A stretch of 64,000 bases of DNA, from NCBI GenBank assembly GCA_963796055.1, contig CAWCKH010000004.1, forward strand, positions 928,001-992,000, given 5' to 3'. The stretch comes from an uncultured delta proteobacterium. GTDB taxonomy: Bacteria; Myxococcota; Myxococcia; Myxococcales; Myxococcaceae. Position 1 is the first letter of the stretch. Each line of letters starts with the position of its first letter. The notes below the pieces were generated by a model. The model was not told the DNA's origin, searched no databases, and saw only the letters and a list, made by a program, of their open reading frames with translations. This document shows, one piece after another, positions 48,849 through 60,106 of the stretch. The position numbers were made by a program, and so were the translations under genes.

Positions 48849-50312
48849 TCATGCTGAACCGCCCGGGCGATGGAGGCCAAGTTTCGCCATGCGGTACACG
48901 AGCGTCCTGCGTGGGAGTTCCATTCTTCGTGCGGCCTCCGTCACGTTCCAGCCACTCCGGTGAAGCGCCGCCTCAATCTCTCGACGCTCCGTCTCGCGGA
49001 CCTTCGCCCGTACTCCCGAGAACGCCGGCGCGGCCCAGGGGAGTTCGAGATGCTCGGGCCGAAGCTCTGCGCCGGTCGCATTCAGTGCCCCACGGATCAC
49101 CACGTTTCGCAGAGTCCGAACGTTCTCCCGCAGGGAAGCCTTTGAAGCAGCGCGCGCGTCTCGGCCCGGAGACTCGAACGCCGACGGCCGAGTTGCGCGT
49201 CGACAGAGTGGACCACCAGCTCCGAGGATCGGCGCCACGTCGGCCGGCCGGCTTTCCAGTTCCGGGATGCAGCATCGCGGTTCTCCGGAAGGAGCGAGTT
49301 CCCGTCTGCAGGCACCACCGACGCGGATGGGCGGAAGCTCCGCGCCGACCAGAACGCGCGGCGCTCTTCCTCGGGCAGAATCCCTGGTCGACGCAGGTGC
49401 AGCGAACCTCCCGCGGCCCGAGCGACGTCTTCGTCCCAGCGCGCCTTGTCGAAGCGAACCGCGCGGTGGACAACGAACGGGGCTGCTCGCGCTCCGGAGA
49501 GGCGAATCAAGCGAGCAAAGCTCTCGCGTCCGACACCCTCCCCGCCGATGAGTCCGAGCGCCGGGCCGGGTCCAGTGCTCGGAAAACGCCCGGAGCCGCG
49601 TCATGCAGGGGTCGCTCCAGACAAGCTCGGCGGATCGAGGGTCTCCATGCCGAGGAGGCGCTCCACGGCGATGGACCACAGCTCCTCCCCCGTTGCCCCA
49701 TGCCTCGGAAACGAGGAGGTCCCCCAGCGGACCGTTTCTTCCTGTCTGGCGGCTCGGTCCGAAACGAACTGGCGCAAACGCTCGACGCTCGCTGTGTCGC
49801 CGAGAACCAGGACCTCCAGGACCGTTCCGACCGAAGGAGCCGGCGATGTGACGACCGCCAGGGACGGGCGAGAACTCCGTGAGCACCGAGGCAAGAAACT
49901 CGGTCCAAATGCGCCCGAACGTCCGAGGAGAATGGAGAACGGGCTCCCCCCTGCCGCCACCTCCTCCTCCAGGCGTCTCTGCCACACCCAGTGGTCGAGG
50001 AGCGGCGCCTGCCTTCCGATCGATGCGGGACCGGGGAGTACGAGGTAATTCAGCTCGGCATCCCCGAAGACATCTCCTGGATGGAGCGCCGTCGAACCGT
50101 GGACCTCGACGTCGTTGACCGTGACGCCTGCTCGGCCCGCCCGGAGCTGCAAACGGTCCCCCTCGACCAGCACCTCGGCGCCGGAGGGAAGGCGCGTCGT
50201 TCCCGGACCCGAGCTGTAGCGGGTACGAGCTCTCTGGAGAAACCACGAGCAGCACCCAGCTCCTGCCGGGTGCGGGTGCAGGTCGGATGCGCGGGGGTCG
50301 ACGGCTGGCCAC
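48849..50312 (-). CDS. Atypical enhancer-binding-protein-like regulator: FHA-like + GGDEF-like remnant + degenerate AAA+ + Fis HTH (multiple frameshifts)
   Basis: GVTVNDVEV...LHPGDVF (FHA-like), SSFPRHGATGEELW, LIGGEGVGRESFARLI, ENVRTLRNV and AALHRSGWNVTEAARRMELPRRTLVYRMAKLGL. Confidence 0.7.
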   Translation of the reverse strand: MASRRPPRIRPAPAPGRSWVLLVVSPESSYPLQLGSGNDAPSLRRRGAGRGGPFAAPGGPSRRHGQRRRGPRFDGAPSRRCLRGCRAELPRTPRSRIDRKAGAAPRPLGVAETPGGGGGGRGEPVLHSPRTFGRIWTEFLASVLTEFSPVPGGRHIAGSFGRNGPGGPGSRRHSERRAFAPVRFGPSRQTGRNGPLGDLLVSEAWGNGGGAVVHRRGAPPRHGDPRSAELVWSDPCMTRLRAFSEHWTRPGARTHRRGGCRTRELCSLDSPLRSASSPVRCPPRGSLRQGALGRRRRSGRGRFAAPASTRDSARGRAPRVLVGAELPPIRVGGACRRELAPSGEPRCCIPELESRPADVAPILGAGGPLCRRATRPSAFESPGRDARAASKASLRENVRTLRNVVIRGALNATGAELRPEHLELPWAAPAFSGVRAKVRETERREIEAALHRSGWNVTEAARRMELPRRTLVYRMAKLGLHRPGGSA

Positions 50313-50378
50313 GACAGTCGATCGTACCGGAAGGAATCGATTGAGAGACAGTCGTCGTTCCGTACAAGCTGCTGCTCC

Positions 50379-51996
50379 GTGCGGCCCGCCCTCGTCGTGC
50401 TTCTCCTCGGAGGCTGTGCCTCGATGCCCACCGCTCCCTCCGACTCGTCTCGGCCACCTCCGTGTTGTCGCCCGGACTTCCCAAGGCGATGCGGTGGCGA
50501 TCTCCATCAAGGGCTCCCGGATCGAGCGGAGTCGAGCACTCTCAGAGCACCACGAACTCCGTCGTCGTCCCCGCGCTCACCGACGCGCACGGGCACGTGG
50601 TCGGGCTCGGGCTCTCCCTGGTCAGGGTCGACCTCCGCAGCTGCCGCTCTCCCGAGGACTGCGCCGCGCGCGTCCAGGCCATCGCTTCCGCAGGTTCCAC
50701 CGGGCGCCTGGGTCCAGGGCCGCGGCTGGGACCAGAACCTCTACCCGGACCAGCAGTTCCCCACCCGCGCGGCACTCGACGCCGTCGCTCCCGAGCACGC
50801 CCGTGTACGTGCGCCGCGTCGACGGACACGCTGCCTGGGCGAACTCCGAGGCGCTGCGGCGGGCCAACATCACCCGCGACACACCGGACCCTCCGGGCGG
50901 GAAGATCCTCCGCGACGCGAAGGGTGAACCCACGGGCGTCCTCGTGGACCGCGCCGAGGAACTCGTCGAGAAGGCCATCCCGCCTCCGTCGGAGCTGGAG
51001 ATCGAGCAGGCGATCCTCCGGGCTCAGGACCTCCTCGTCTCCCAGGGGCTCACGTCGGTCCACGAGATGGGGATCTCGCCGCTGCGTCGCGGACGTCTAC
51101 CTGCGGCTCGCCCGGTCCGGCCGGCTGAAGATCCGCATCTACGCGCACTGGACGGCGGACCCGGAGACCCTCGAGGAGGCGTTCCGGCGAGGTCCGCTTC
51201 GCGCCGGCCCCGACGACCTCTTCAGCCTTCGGTCCATCAAGCTCTACGCGGATGGAGCGCTGGGCTCGCGGGGAGCTCACCTCAAGGCGCCCTACTCCGA
51301 CGACCCGCACAACACCGGGCTCGTCCTGACCTCTGCGAAGGACATCGAGGCAATCTCCCGGCGCGCGCTCGCGGCGGGCTTCCAGGTGTCGACCCACGCC
51401 ATCGGCGACGCCGCGAACCACGACGTACTCGAGGCCTACGCACGGGCCGGCGTCACGCCCGCGGCCCGGTTCCGGATCGAGCACGCGCAGATCGTCGACC
51501 TCGCGGACATCCCGCGATTCGCGCAGCTCGGCGTCATCGCCTCGATGCAGCCCACCCACGCCACCAGTGACATGCCCTGGGCCGAGAAGAGGCTCGGCCG
51601 TTCCCGGCTCGCGGGCGCGTACGCCTGGCGCCGCTTCCTCGACGCCGGCGTCCACCTTGCCTTCGGCAGCGACTTCCCGGTCGAGCTCAGCGATCCCCGG
51701 CTCGGGCTCTTCGCCGCGGTGACCCGGACGGATCTCCACGGTCAGCCGCCCGGCGGCTGGCTCCCCGACCAGAGGCTCACGGTCGCCGAGGCCCTGCGCG
51801 CCTTCACGCTGGAGGCGGCGTACGCTGCCTTCGAGGAGGGCTGGCGTGGCGAGCTTCGGCCGGACAGGCCGCAGATCTCACCGTCTTCGACGGACCGCTC
51901 GACACTCCCGAGCACATCGTGCAGCGGAAGGTCCTCATGACCATCGTCGCCGGTCGCGTGGTCTATGACGCGCGAACGGCCGAGCGCGCACAGTGA
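50379..51996 (+). CDS. YtcJ-like amidohydrolase (Amidohydro_3), probable lipoprotein (multiple frameshifts)
   Basis: LGGC lipobox, TDAHGH, RVDGHAAWANS, IKLYADGALGSRGA, HAIGD, RIEHAQ and FGSDFPV. Confidence 0.9.
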
Positions 51997-52208
51997 GCCG
52001 GTCTCTCTGGCTGCTGGCACTGCTCGGCTTCGCGATCCTCGCGATCGTGGGCGTGGTCGCGGTGACTCAACCCGTTCGCGTGGAGGCCCCGACGGGTGGC
52101 TCGAGCACCGAGCCAACCGCCGTCGCTCCGGTCAACGCGGACGCAGGGTCCCTCGACTCACTGCTCGATGCGATCCAGGTCGAGCACGCGATGCAGCGCG
52201 GACGTTGA
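51993..52208 (+). CDS. Small hypothetical membrane-anchored protein
   Basis: GTGA overlap with the amidohydrolase stop and an N-terminal TM helix. Confidence 0.5.
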   Translation: MSRSLWLLALLGFAILAIVGVVAVTQPVRVEAPTGGSSTEPTAVAPVNADAGSLDSLLDAIQVEHAMQRGR

Positions 52209-52229
52209 GCGGGTGATTCCGGGCCGGAC

Positions 52230-52910
52230 TCACGACGGCTTCCTGGCCACGTACGCCAGGTTGTCGCTGAACCCGCGTCCCTTGAAGCCAGCGGGCCAGT
52301 GTCGCGCCGTCCCGGGAATGCGCCCGTCGTCGGAGTAGACGATCCGAGCGTCCTGGAGGCCCAGCTCCGCACCGATGTTCACCAGGTCGGATGGGAGCAG
52401 CGCCGTGATGTGCGCGGGGTAATGGACGCTCTGGAACGCCCCGTGGTGGTCCTTCAGGACGAAGCTGAGCTTGCTCAAGAGGCTCAGCTGGTTCGGCGTC
52501 GTCACCAGCAGCAGCCCGCCGGGCCGGAGCGCCCGAACCAGCTCGCGGAACAGGGCGCGTGGATTCTCGAGGTGCTCGATCGTCTCGATCGACACCACCA
52601 CGTCGGCAACTCCGTCCCCCACCGGGAGATCCTGGTTCAGATCGCTGATCCGCAGCGTCGCCCGGGGTGACTCGGGGAACCCCTCGTACCGGACCAGGTC
52701 GACGCCGGTGTACGACCCGATGCTCGACGGGAGGCGACCGAACAGGTCTCCCCGTCCGCAGCCGACGTCCAGCAGGTCCCCCTTCGCGCCCTCGCCCTCG
52801 AGAATCCGGAGCACCATCGCGAGGATCGGGTCCGCGCTGTGCCCTTCCGAGCACCGCGCCGCCTCTTCTCGCCTCCGGAGCTCCTCTTCGTGAATCGACG
52901 GATTCAGCAC
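52230..52910 (-). CDS. Class I SAM-dependent methyltransferase
   Basis: [18 protein letters not shown] and [13 protein letters not shown]. Confidence 0.88.
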   Translation of the reverse strand: MLNPSIHEEELRRREEAARCSEGHSADPILAMVLRILEGEGAKGDLLDVGCGRGDLFGRLPSSIGSYTGVDLVRYEGFPESPRATLRISDLNQDLPVGDGVADVVVSIETIEHLENPRALFRELVRALRPGGLLLVTTPNQLSLLSKLSFVLKDHHGAFQSVHYPAHITALLPSDLVNIGAELGLQDARIVYSDDGRIPGTARHWPAGFKGRGFSDNLAYVARKPS

Positions 52911-52923
52911 GCGGCGGCGAGCT

Positions 52924-54346
52924 CTACTGCGGCCCGCTCTTCGCCGCCGCCGGCTTCACGTCCCCCAGCCGCAGCTTCTCCACCGAGATCTGCGCCTGCC
53001 GGCCGTAGTCCACCGCCTCGCCCAGGAGCCGCGCGGACTCCTGCGGGGCGTGGAACCCCATGCTGTTCTCCGCCGCGACGAAGTCGAGACGCCACTGGGC
53101 CTTCCGCTGCAGCGCCCGCGCGGGCGCCAGCTGCGCATCCGTCGCCCCCGCCGCCTTCGCCGCCTTCAACGCATCCAGCATCTCCGAGATCGCCCCACCC
53201 GCCCGCTGGAGCAGGTCGTAGTTCCGCCCCTGGATCTGCGCGACCCGCGCCCTGAATCTCCCCCTCCGCGTACGGATGGCACGGCTGGCACGCCCGGCTC
53301 ACGTTCAACAGCGGGCTCCGCACCCAGTGGTCACTGACCTTCAGCGCCCCCTCGCGCACGTAGGGCATGTGGCAGTCCGCGCACGCCACCCCGCTCCGCG
53401 AATGAACCCCCTGGCTCCACAGCTCGAACTCCGGATGCTGCGCCTTCAGCACCGGCGCGCCCGACTCGGCGTGCACCCAGTCCTTGAACGGCTTCCCGTC
53501 CGCGAAGTTCGCCCCGTCGTCGTAGTACGCCTCGATCTCGTCCGCCTTCGTCCCGTTCTTCCACGGGTAGGTCACCGTCTTCCGGTCCCCACGGAAGTAG
53601 TACTCGACGTGGCACTGGCCACAGACGTAGCTCCGCATCTCCTGCCGGCTCGCATCCCGGTTCACGTCGTAGTCCTTCACCCCCTGGTGCTCCTTCAAGG
53701 CCTTGATCCCCACCAGGAACCCCGGCCGCGTCACCCGGAGCCCCATCGTCTTCGGGTCGTGGCAGTCCACGCAGCTCACCGGGTGGTCCACCAGCGGCTT
53801 CCCGCTCGCGTCCTTGAGCGCGCGCGCCTCCTGGTACTTCATGGCGCACACCTCCTCGAAGCCCTTCATCACGTCGCCCTTCCCCACGTAGCGGTACGCC
53901 GGGATGATGCTCGCGTGGCAGTGGAGGCACGCCCCGGGCTGCGGCTTCTCCGTCACCCGCCGCGTCTTCTCCTGGTCCAGGAGCATGTACCCGTGCCCAC
54001 GCCGGTCCCGGTAGTCCAGGCTGAACGCGTACCCGGCGAAGATCCGCGTCAGCCACGGGAACTGGTCCGCCTTCTCCGCCGGGCTCGCGTCCCCGCCGCC
54101 GAAGTTGGTCCGGCTCGGCTCCACCGTCTTCAAGTAGCTGTCGTACTCCCGCGGCCAGTTCGTCCCCCAGACCTTCGGGTCGACCGTGTCCTCGGTCACC
54201 TCGACGAACTTGAGGTACTGCTGCTTCGCCTCGGTCTTCCGCTGGATGATGCTCACCAGCAGCGCGGCGATGGCCGCAGTCAGCACCGCGGTCACCAGCG
54301 CCACCGCCATCAGCTTCGGCCAGCTCTTCCGGTCGGACGGTCCCAT
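52924..54346 (-). CDS. nrfA: Pentaheme cytochrome c nitrite reductase (ammonia-forming), catalytic subunit (frameshift near 53250)
   Basis: FAGYAFS.DY..RRGH, five heme motifs (CLHCH, CVDCH, CGQCH, CADCH, CQPCH), [15 protein letters not shown] and [10 protein letters not shown]. Confidence 0.93.
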
Positions 54347-54356
54347 CGCGAGCCCC

Positions 54357-54830
54357 TCAGTTCCGCGCGCCGTGTCCGACGCCGCGGTGGCAATGGACGC
54401 AGGTCACCGCGTCCTGGTCCGTCGTGCTGCCGTGCACCAGCTCCGAGACCATGTCCGCGTGGCAGGCGACACAGTTCTCCTGGAGGAGCTCCGCGTTCCG
54501 GGGCCCGATGCGGATGGGCTCCGGGAAGTCCTGCAGGGTGAAGGCCTTGCTGTGGTTCCAGCCGTTTATCGCCTTGGCCCACATCTTGGGCACGAAGGCG
54601 TGCGGCAGGTGGCACTGCACGCAGGTGGCGACCGCGTGGTGCGGGCTGTGCTGCCAGGACGCGTACTCGTCCCGCATGATGTGGCAGTTGGTGCAGGCCC
54701 GCGGGTCGGTCGAGAAGTACGAGAGCCCCTCGGCGTAGCGGAAGGTGAACGCCCCCAGCCCCGCGACGAGTCCCGCCGCGAGGGCAGCGACCACCGCCAG
54801 CGGAATGGTGCCGCGTCGAGTGGAGCTCAT
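54357..54830 (-). CDS. nrfH: Tetraheme cytochrome c nitrite reductase small subunit
   Basis: N-terminal TM; CTNCHIM, CVQCH, CVACH and CVHCH; directly upstream of nrfA. Confidence 0.93.
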   Translation of the reverse strand: MSSTRRGTIPLAVVAALAAGLVAGLGAFTFRYAEGLSYFSTDPRACTNCHIMRDEYASWQHSPHHAVATCVQCHLPHAFVPKMWAKAINGWNHSKAFTLQDFPEPIRIGPRNAELLQENCVACHADMVSELVHGSTTDQDAVTCVHCHRGVGHGARN

Positions 54831-54939
54831 GCGCAACCGGATGCATCGTCGGCTCCTCGACGGACCGCTCGCCATAGGACTTCCGGTCCATGCCCCCACG
54901 CCTTTCCTTCCCGGGGCCACTGGAGGGGTCCCGTACTCG

Positions 54940-57612
54940 ATGGTTCGAATCGGCTGGGCGGTGTGTCTGGGGGTTCTGTGCGCGTGTGGATCCGCGGCCC
55001 CGGGCGGCTCGACGGCCGTGCCCTCGAGCAGGCGCGGACCGGGCTGCGCTCGGCGTCGGCTCCAGCGGGGATGACCTCCGCACCGGCTGGTACCCCAGCC
55101 AGCCCGCCCTCGCCCCGGCCAGCGTCTCCGCTCCGGACTTCGGGCAGCTCTTCACCCCGGCCAGCCTCGACGGGCAGATCTACGCCCAGCCGCTGGTGGC
55201 CAACGGGGTGGTCCTGGTGGTCACCGAGACCAACCACGTCTACACGCTCGACCCGGTCACCGGCGCCATCCTCCACCAGCGCGCGCTCGAGGCACCCTGG
55301 AACCCCGCCGACCTCGGCTGCGGGGACCTGGCGCCCTGGGTGGGAACCACCGGCACCCCGGTCATCGACACCCGCGACCCGGGCAACGTCACCGCCTACT
55401 TCGTGACCAAGAGCTACGCCTCGGGGACCTCCGGGCCGGGCGCCGCCTGGATGCACGCGGTGGACGTGCCGACGCTCGCCGAGCGGCCCAACTTCCCCGT
55501 CCGGATCCAGGGCTCGGCCGACAACCAGACGGGCGTCTCGTTCGACGCCACGGTGGAGCTGCAGCGCCCCGGGCTCCTGATGCTCGGGGACACGGTGTAC
55601 GCCACGTTCGCCGGCCACTGCGACATCGGCACCTACCAGGGCTGGGTGGTGGGCGTGTCCAGCGGAGGCGCCATCCGGGCCATGTGGTCGGACGCGGCGC
55701 AGTTCCCCGGCGGGGGCATCTGGCAGAGCGGCGGCGCCCCCATGTCCGACGGGCCCAGCACCTTCATCGTCGCCACGGGAAACGGCGACCTCGTCCAGCA
55801 GCCCACCCCGGGGAAGACTCCGTACGACGTCCTCGCCCAGGCCTGGGTGCGGCTGGTGGTGCAGGGCAACGGGAAGCTGAAGGCCACCGACTTCTTCAGC
55901 CCCTACGACGCCGACGCCCTGAACGTCTGGGACGCCGACTTCGGCTCCGGGGGGCCCATGGGGCTGCCGGATTCGTTCGGCACGCCGAGCATTCCGCACC
56001 TCGGCGTGGCCGCGGGGAAGCAGGGCTACGTCTACCTCCTGAACCGCGACGACCTCGGCGGCATCGGCCAGGGGCCCTCGGGCGGAGACAAGGTGGTCCA
56101 GCGCATCGGTCCGTACGGGGGCGTCTGGTCCCGGCCGGCGGCGTGGCCCGGCAGCGGCGGCTGGGTCTACTACCCGACCGCCTCGGGGGGAACACGCCGG
56201 GCGGCTCCAGCGGCAAGTTCAACGTCTTCTCCGCAGGCGTCGACGGCCAGGGCAATCCGACGCTCTCGCTCGTGGCGAGCCCGACGGACAGCTTCGGCTT
56301 CGGGTCGAGCGCGCCCATCGTGACCTCGAACGGCACGACGGACGGCTCGGCACTGGTCTGGGTGGTGTGGATGGCCGACGGGACCGGGGCGGGGGCGCAG
56401 CTGCGGGCCTACGATGCCGTGCCCGAGGACGGCGTCCTGCAGCTCCGGTTCAGCGCGCCCATCGGGACCGCGAGCAAGTTCAACCCGCCGGGCATCGGCG
56501 ATGGCCGGGTGTACGTGGGCACGCGTGAGGGGAAGCTCTTTGGGTTCGGCGCGCCCTCGAACCAGCCGCTCACCAGCACCCCGCTGGACCTGGGCACGGT
56601 GGACCTCGGCGACAGCGCGAGCGGACAGGTGGTCTTCACCGCCCGCCGTGGAGTGACGGTGACCGGCGTCAGCTCGACCGGCGCCGACTTCGTTCCCGGA
56701 GCTCCCACGCCCGGACTCCCCGTCACCCTCGCCGCCGGCAACACGCTCACCATCCCGGTGACCTTCACCCCGAGCCGGGTGGGCATCCGCTCGGCAGCGA
56801 TCGTGGCCCAGGCGGACGGGGCGCCCGTGTCGACGCCGGTGACCGGCATCGGACGTACGCCCACGCCGGTGCTCTCCGTCACGCCGGAAGTCGTGAGCTT
56901 CGGCGGCACCGCGGTGAACACCACCGTGAGCGGCACGGTGACCCTCTCCAACGTCGGCGGCGCGGACCTGGTGCTCCAGGGAGTGACTGCCCCCGGCGCG
57001 CCCTTCTCGGCGAGCGGCGTCCCGGCCAGCGGGACCACGGTCGGGCCGGGGAAGTCGGTCACGGTGACGCTCACGTTTGCCCCGACGCAGGTGGGCACGT
57101 TCATCGACCAGCTGGTGGTGGACAGCTCGGCGGGACAGGAGACCGTGAATCTCTCCGGCTCGGCGGCGCAGCCGGGGAATCTCACGTTGAGCCCGGCGTC
57201 GCTGGATTTCGGAGCGGTCTCGGTGGGGCAGGCCAAGGTGCTGGAGTTCCAGGTCACGAACACCGGTGGATCCCGGGTCACGGTGACCAAGTCCAAGCCG
57301 CCGGCGTCCGGCGTGGGGTTCACGGCCACCGACAGCCTGCAGGAAGGGGCGGCGATCGAGCCCGGACAGACCCAGACCCTCCACGTGCAGTTCCAGCCCG
57401 CGGCGGCGGGGCAGGTCACCGACCACTGGACCATCAACGCCGACGGGATGCAGGGGCTGCTCACGCTCGAGCTGAAGGGACAGGGGCAGGGAGGGTCGGA
57501 CCCGGGGGGTCTGGTGACCAGTGGCTGCAGCAGCACGGGGGACGGGGCACCGTGGGCGCTCCTTGCGGCGCTCCTGCCCTGGGCGAGGCGCCGGAGGCCG
57601 CGGGCGGGTTGA
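54940..57612 (+). CDS. Secreted beta-propeller (PQQ-like) protein with three Ig-like (choice-of-anchor D/ASH-type) domains and MYXO-CTERM tail (frameshifts near 55030 and 56190)
   Basis: Signal with LCAC, DDLRTGWY, DGQIYAQPL, DADFGSGG, three LDFG/VSFG-type Ig repeats, and C-terminal SGCSSTGDGAPWALLAALLPWARRRR. Confidence 0.78.
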
Positions 57613-57616
57613 CGCG

Positions 57617-60048
57617 TCAGCTGGCCCGGAGCGCCGTGGCCGGGTCCACGCGTGAGGCGCGCATCGCGGGGAGCAGCGCGCTTCCCATGGCCACCAGCGC
57701 CAGCACCGCCACCACCGCGGCGAGGATTGCCGGGTCGGTCGCTCTGACTCCGAAGAGGAGCCCGCGGAAGAGCACCGCGAGCACCACTGCCCCGAGCACT
57801 CCGGCCATGGCTCCGGTCAGTACGGGTGTCAGGCTCTGGCGGAGGACCAGGCGCACGATGTCCCGCCGCTCGGCGCCCACAGCCATCCGGATGCCGAACT
57901 CGCGCGTGCGCTGCACCACCCCGTACGAGACCACCCCGAAGATGCCGACGCCTGCCAGCAGCAGGGCGAACCCGGCGAACACCGAGAGCAGGAACACCGG
58001 GTAACGGCGGAGGAACATCGACGGAGCGTCCGCCAGCACCTGGGTGAGCGGGCGGATGGGAAGCAACGTCGCGTCCGGCGCAGCGGCCAGGATGGCGCGG
58101 CGGACCTCGGCCTCCACTCCTGGGCGCGGGACACGGATCACGAGGGCGAACGGGTTGGAGGGCGACTGGACGTCGGAGATGTACATCAGGGCCGGCGGCG
58201 CCTCGTCGAGCGCCCCGAACGTCTGGTCTCCCACCACGCCGACGATGGTCAGGACCGGCGCATCCGGCGCGTAGGTGGGGCGGATGCGCTTGCCGACCGC
58301 GTCCTCGCCGGGGAAGTACCGCCGCTGGAGCGTGCGGTTCACGATCGCCACCGGGAGCGAGCCGTGGGTGTCCTCGGGGCCGAAGGTCCGTCCGCCGAGC
58401 AGCGGAACGCCGAGCACCCGGAAGTAGTCGGGACCCACCTCGCGGAAGGCGACCTCGGGCGGGGCGCCGGTCGGTGGCGGACGGTCCTCGCGGACGAAGC
58501 GCAGGGTGTTTCCGTTGCCGGTGCCGGGGAGGAGGCTCACCCGGGTGACGCTGCTGACGCCGGGGACGGCGGCCACCGCGGTGCGGATCTGTTCCTGGAG
58601 GGCGACCGCCGCCTCCTCGTGCTCGACCCGCGCGTCCGGAAGGAACACGGTGGTTCCCAGCGCCCCCTCGGGACGGTAGCCGGGGTCGGCGGAGAGGACG
58701 CGGAGCAGGCTCTTGCCCATGAGCCCGGCCGAGCCGAGCAGCATCACCGCGAGCGCCACCTCCACCGCGACCAGCGCCCCCTGCAGCCCGTGACGGACGG
58801 TGCCGGGCTGCGCGGGTGAGCCTGTGCCGTCCTTGAGCGCGTCGTGGAGGTTGGGACGGGAGGCGCGCAGGGCCGGGAGGAGGCCGAAGAGCAAGGTGGT
58901 GAGGAGGATGAGCCCGCCGCCGTAGAGCAGGACCCGGACGTCGACGCCGAGGTTCTCGAGGAAGGGCATCGTCGCGCGCTCGCGGGCGGGGATGCCGGCC
59001 AGCAGCAGCGGGAGGCTGAGACGGGCGGCGAGCAGGCCGAAGAGGCCGCCGAGGGTCGCCAGCACCAGGCTCTCGGTGAGCAGCTGCCGTGCCAGCCGGC
59101 GCCGGCCCGCGCCCAGGGCCGCCCGGACGGCCAGCTCCTGCTCGCGGGCTGCGCGCCCGGGCGAGGAGCAAGTTGGCCACGTTGGCGCAGGCCACCAGGA
59201 GCGACCAGGCTGACGCAGGCGAAGAGGAGCACCAGGACGGGCTCGACCTTCCCCACCAGCACGTCGCGCAGGGGGACGACCTCCATGCTCACGCCGGGGA
59301 ACGCCGCGGGGAAGCGCTCGCGCAGCGATGCCGAGTAGGCAAGTGCGCCGTGCCGGGCCTGCTCGAGCGTGACGCCGTCGCGGAGGCGGGCGAGGGTGTT
59401 CACCCAGTTGAGGTTGCGGCGGAGGAGGTCGCCCCGCGCCTGGACGGCGAGGTAGACGCGCGCCTCCCCGCCGGGGGCGAAGGGGAAGCTCGGCGGGAGC
59501 ACGCCGACGATGGTGTACGGGTTGTCGTCGAGCAGGAGCGTGCGGCCGAGCACTCCGGGGTCGCCGCCCATCTGCGTCCGCCAGAAGGCGTCGCCGAGCA
59601 CGACCGCGCGGGGGCCGCCGTCCTCGTCCTCGCCGGGGCGGAGGGTGCGGCCGAGCTGCGGACGGACGCCGAGGACGTCGAAGAAGTTGGCGGTGACCCG
59701 GAGGGCCTTGAGCTGGGAGCGCTCGGAGCCGTTCTGCCAGGTGGCGGGGCTGCGGTTGTAGCCGGCGACGGAGGCGAACAGGGAGTGGTCCGACTGGAGC
59801 TCGCGGACGGTGGGCCAGGCGAGCTCGAAGCGGGCCATGTCCGCGTTGCCGTTGTTCTGGAACAGGTGCACCAGGCGCTCGGGCTCGGCGTAGGGGAGGC
59901 TGCGGAGGAGCGCGGCGTCGACGGCGGTGAAGACGGCGGCGTTCAGGCCGATGCCCATGGAGAGGGTGAGGACGACCACGGCGGCGAACCCCGGCCGGGT
60001 CCGGAGGTGGCGGAAGGCGTCCCGGAGGTCCTGGAGCAGGGCGGTCAT
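57617..60048 (-). CDS. Duplicated MacB/FtsX-type ABC permease (ADOP-like), no ATPase adjacent (frameshifts near 59150-59200)
   Basis: LQDLRDAFRHLRTRPGF, ACANVANLLLAR, LVAVEVALAVMLL, RTREFGIRMAVGA and PAMRASRVDPATALR. Confidence 0.9.
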
Positions 60049-60063
60049 GGGGCGGGGAGGCGG

Positions 60064-60080
60064 TTCAATGGGCGTGCCAG
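60064..60080 (-). promoter_or_regulatory. Candidate sigma-54 (-24/-12) promoter for the ABC permease
   Basis: Minus strand CTGGCACG-CCCA-TTGAA versus consensus TGGCACG-N4-TTGC; ends about 16 nt upstream of the ATG at 60048. Confidence 0.45.
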
Positions 60081-60106
60081 GAGTGGGCGGGTGGTCGAGC
60101 GGAGGG

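Noticed and set aside
54830..54845. Crp/Fnr-like palindrome TGCGC-N6-ATGCA at the nrfH start
   Set aside because: Imperfect, overlaps the start codon, and likely by chance in GC-rich DNA.
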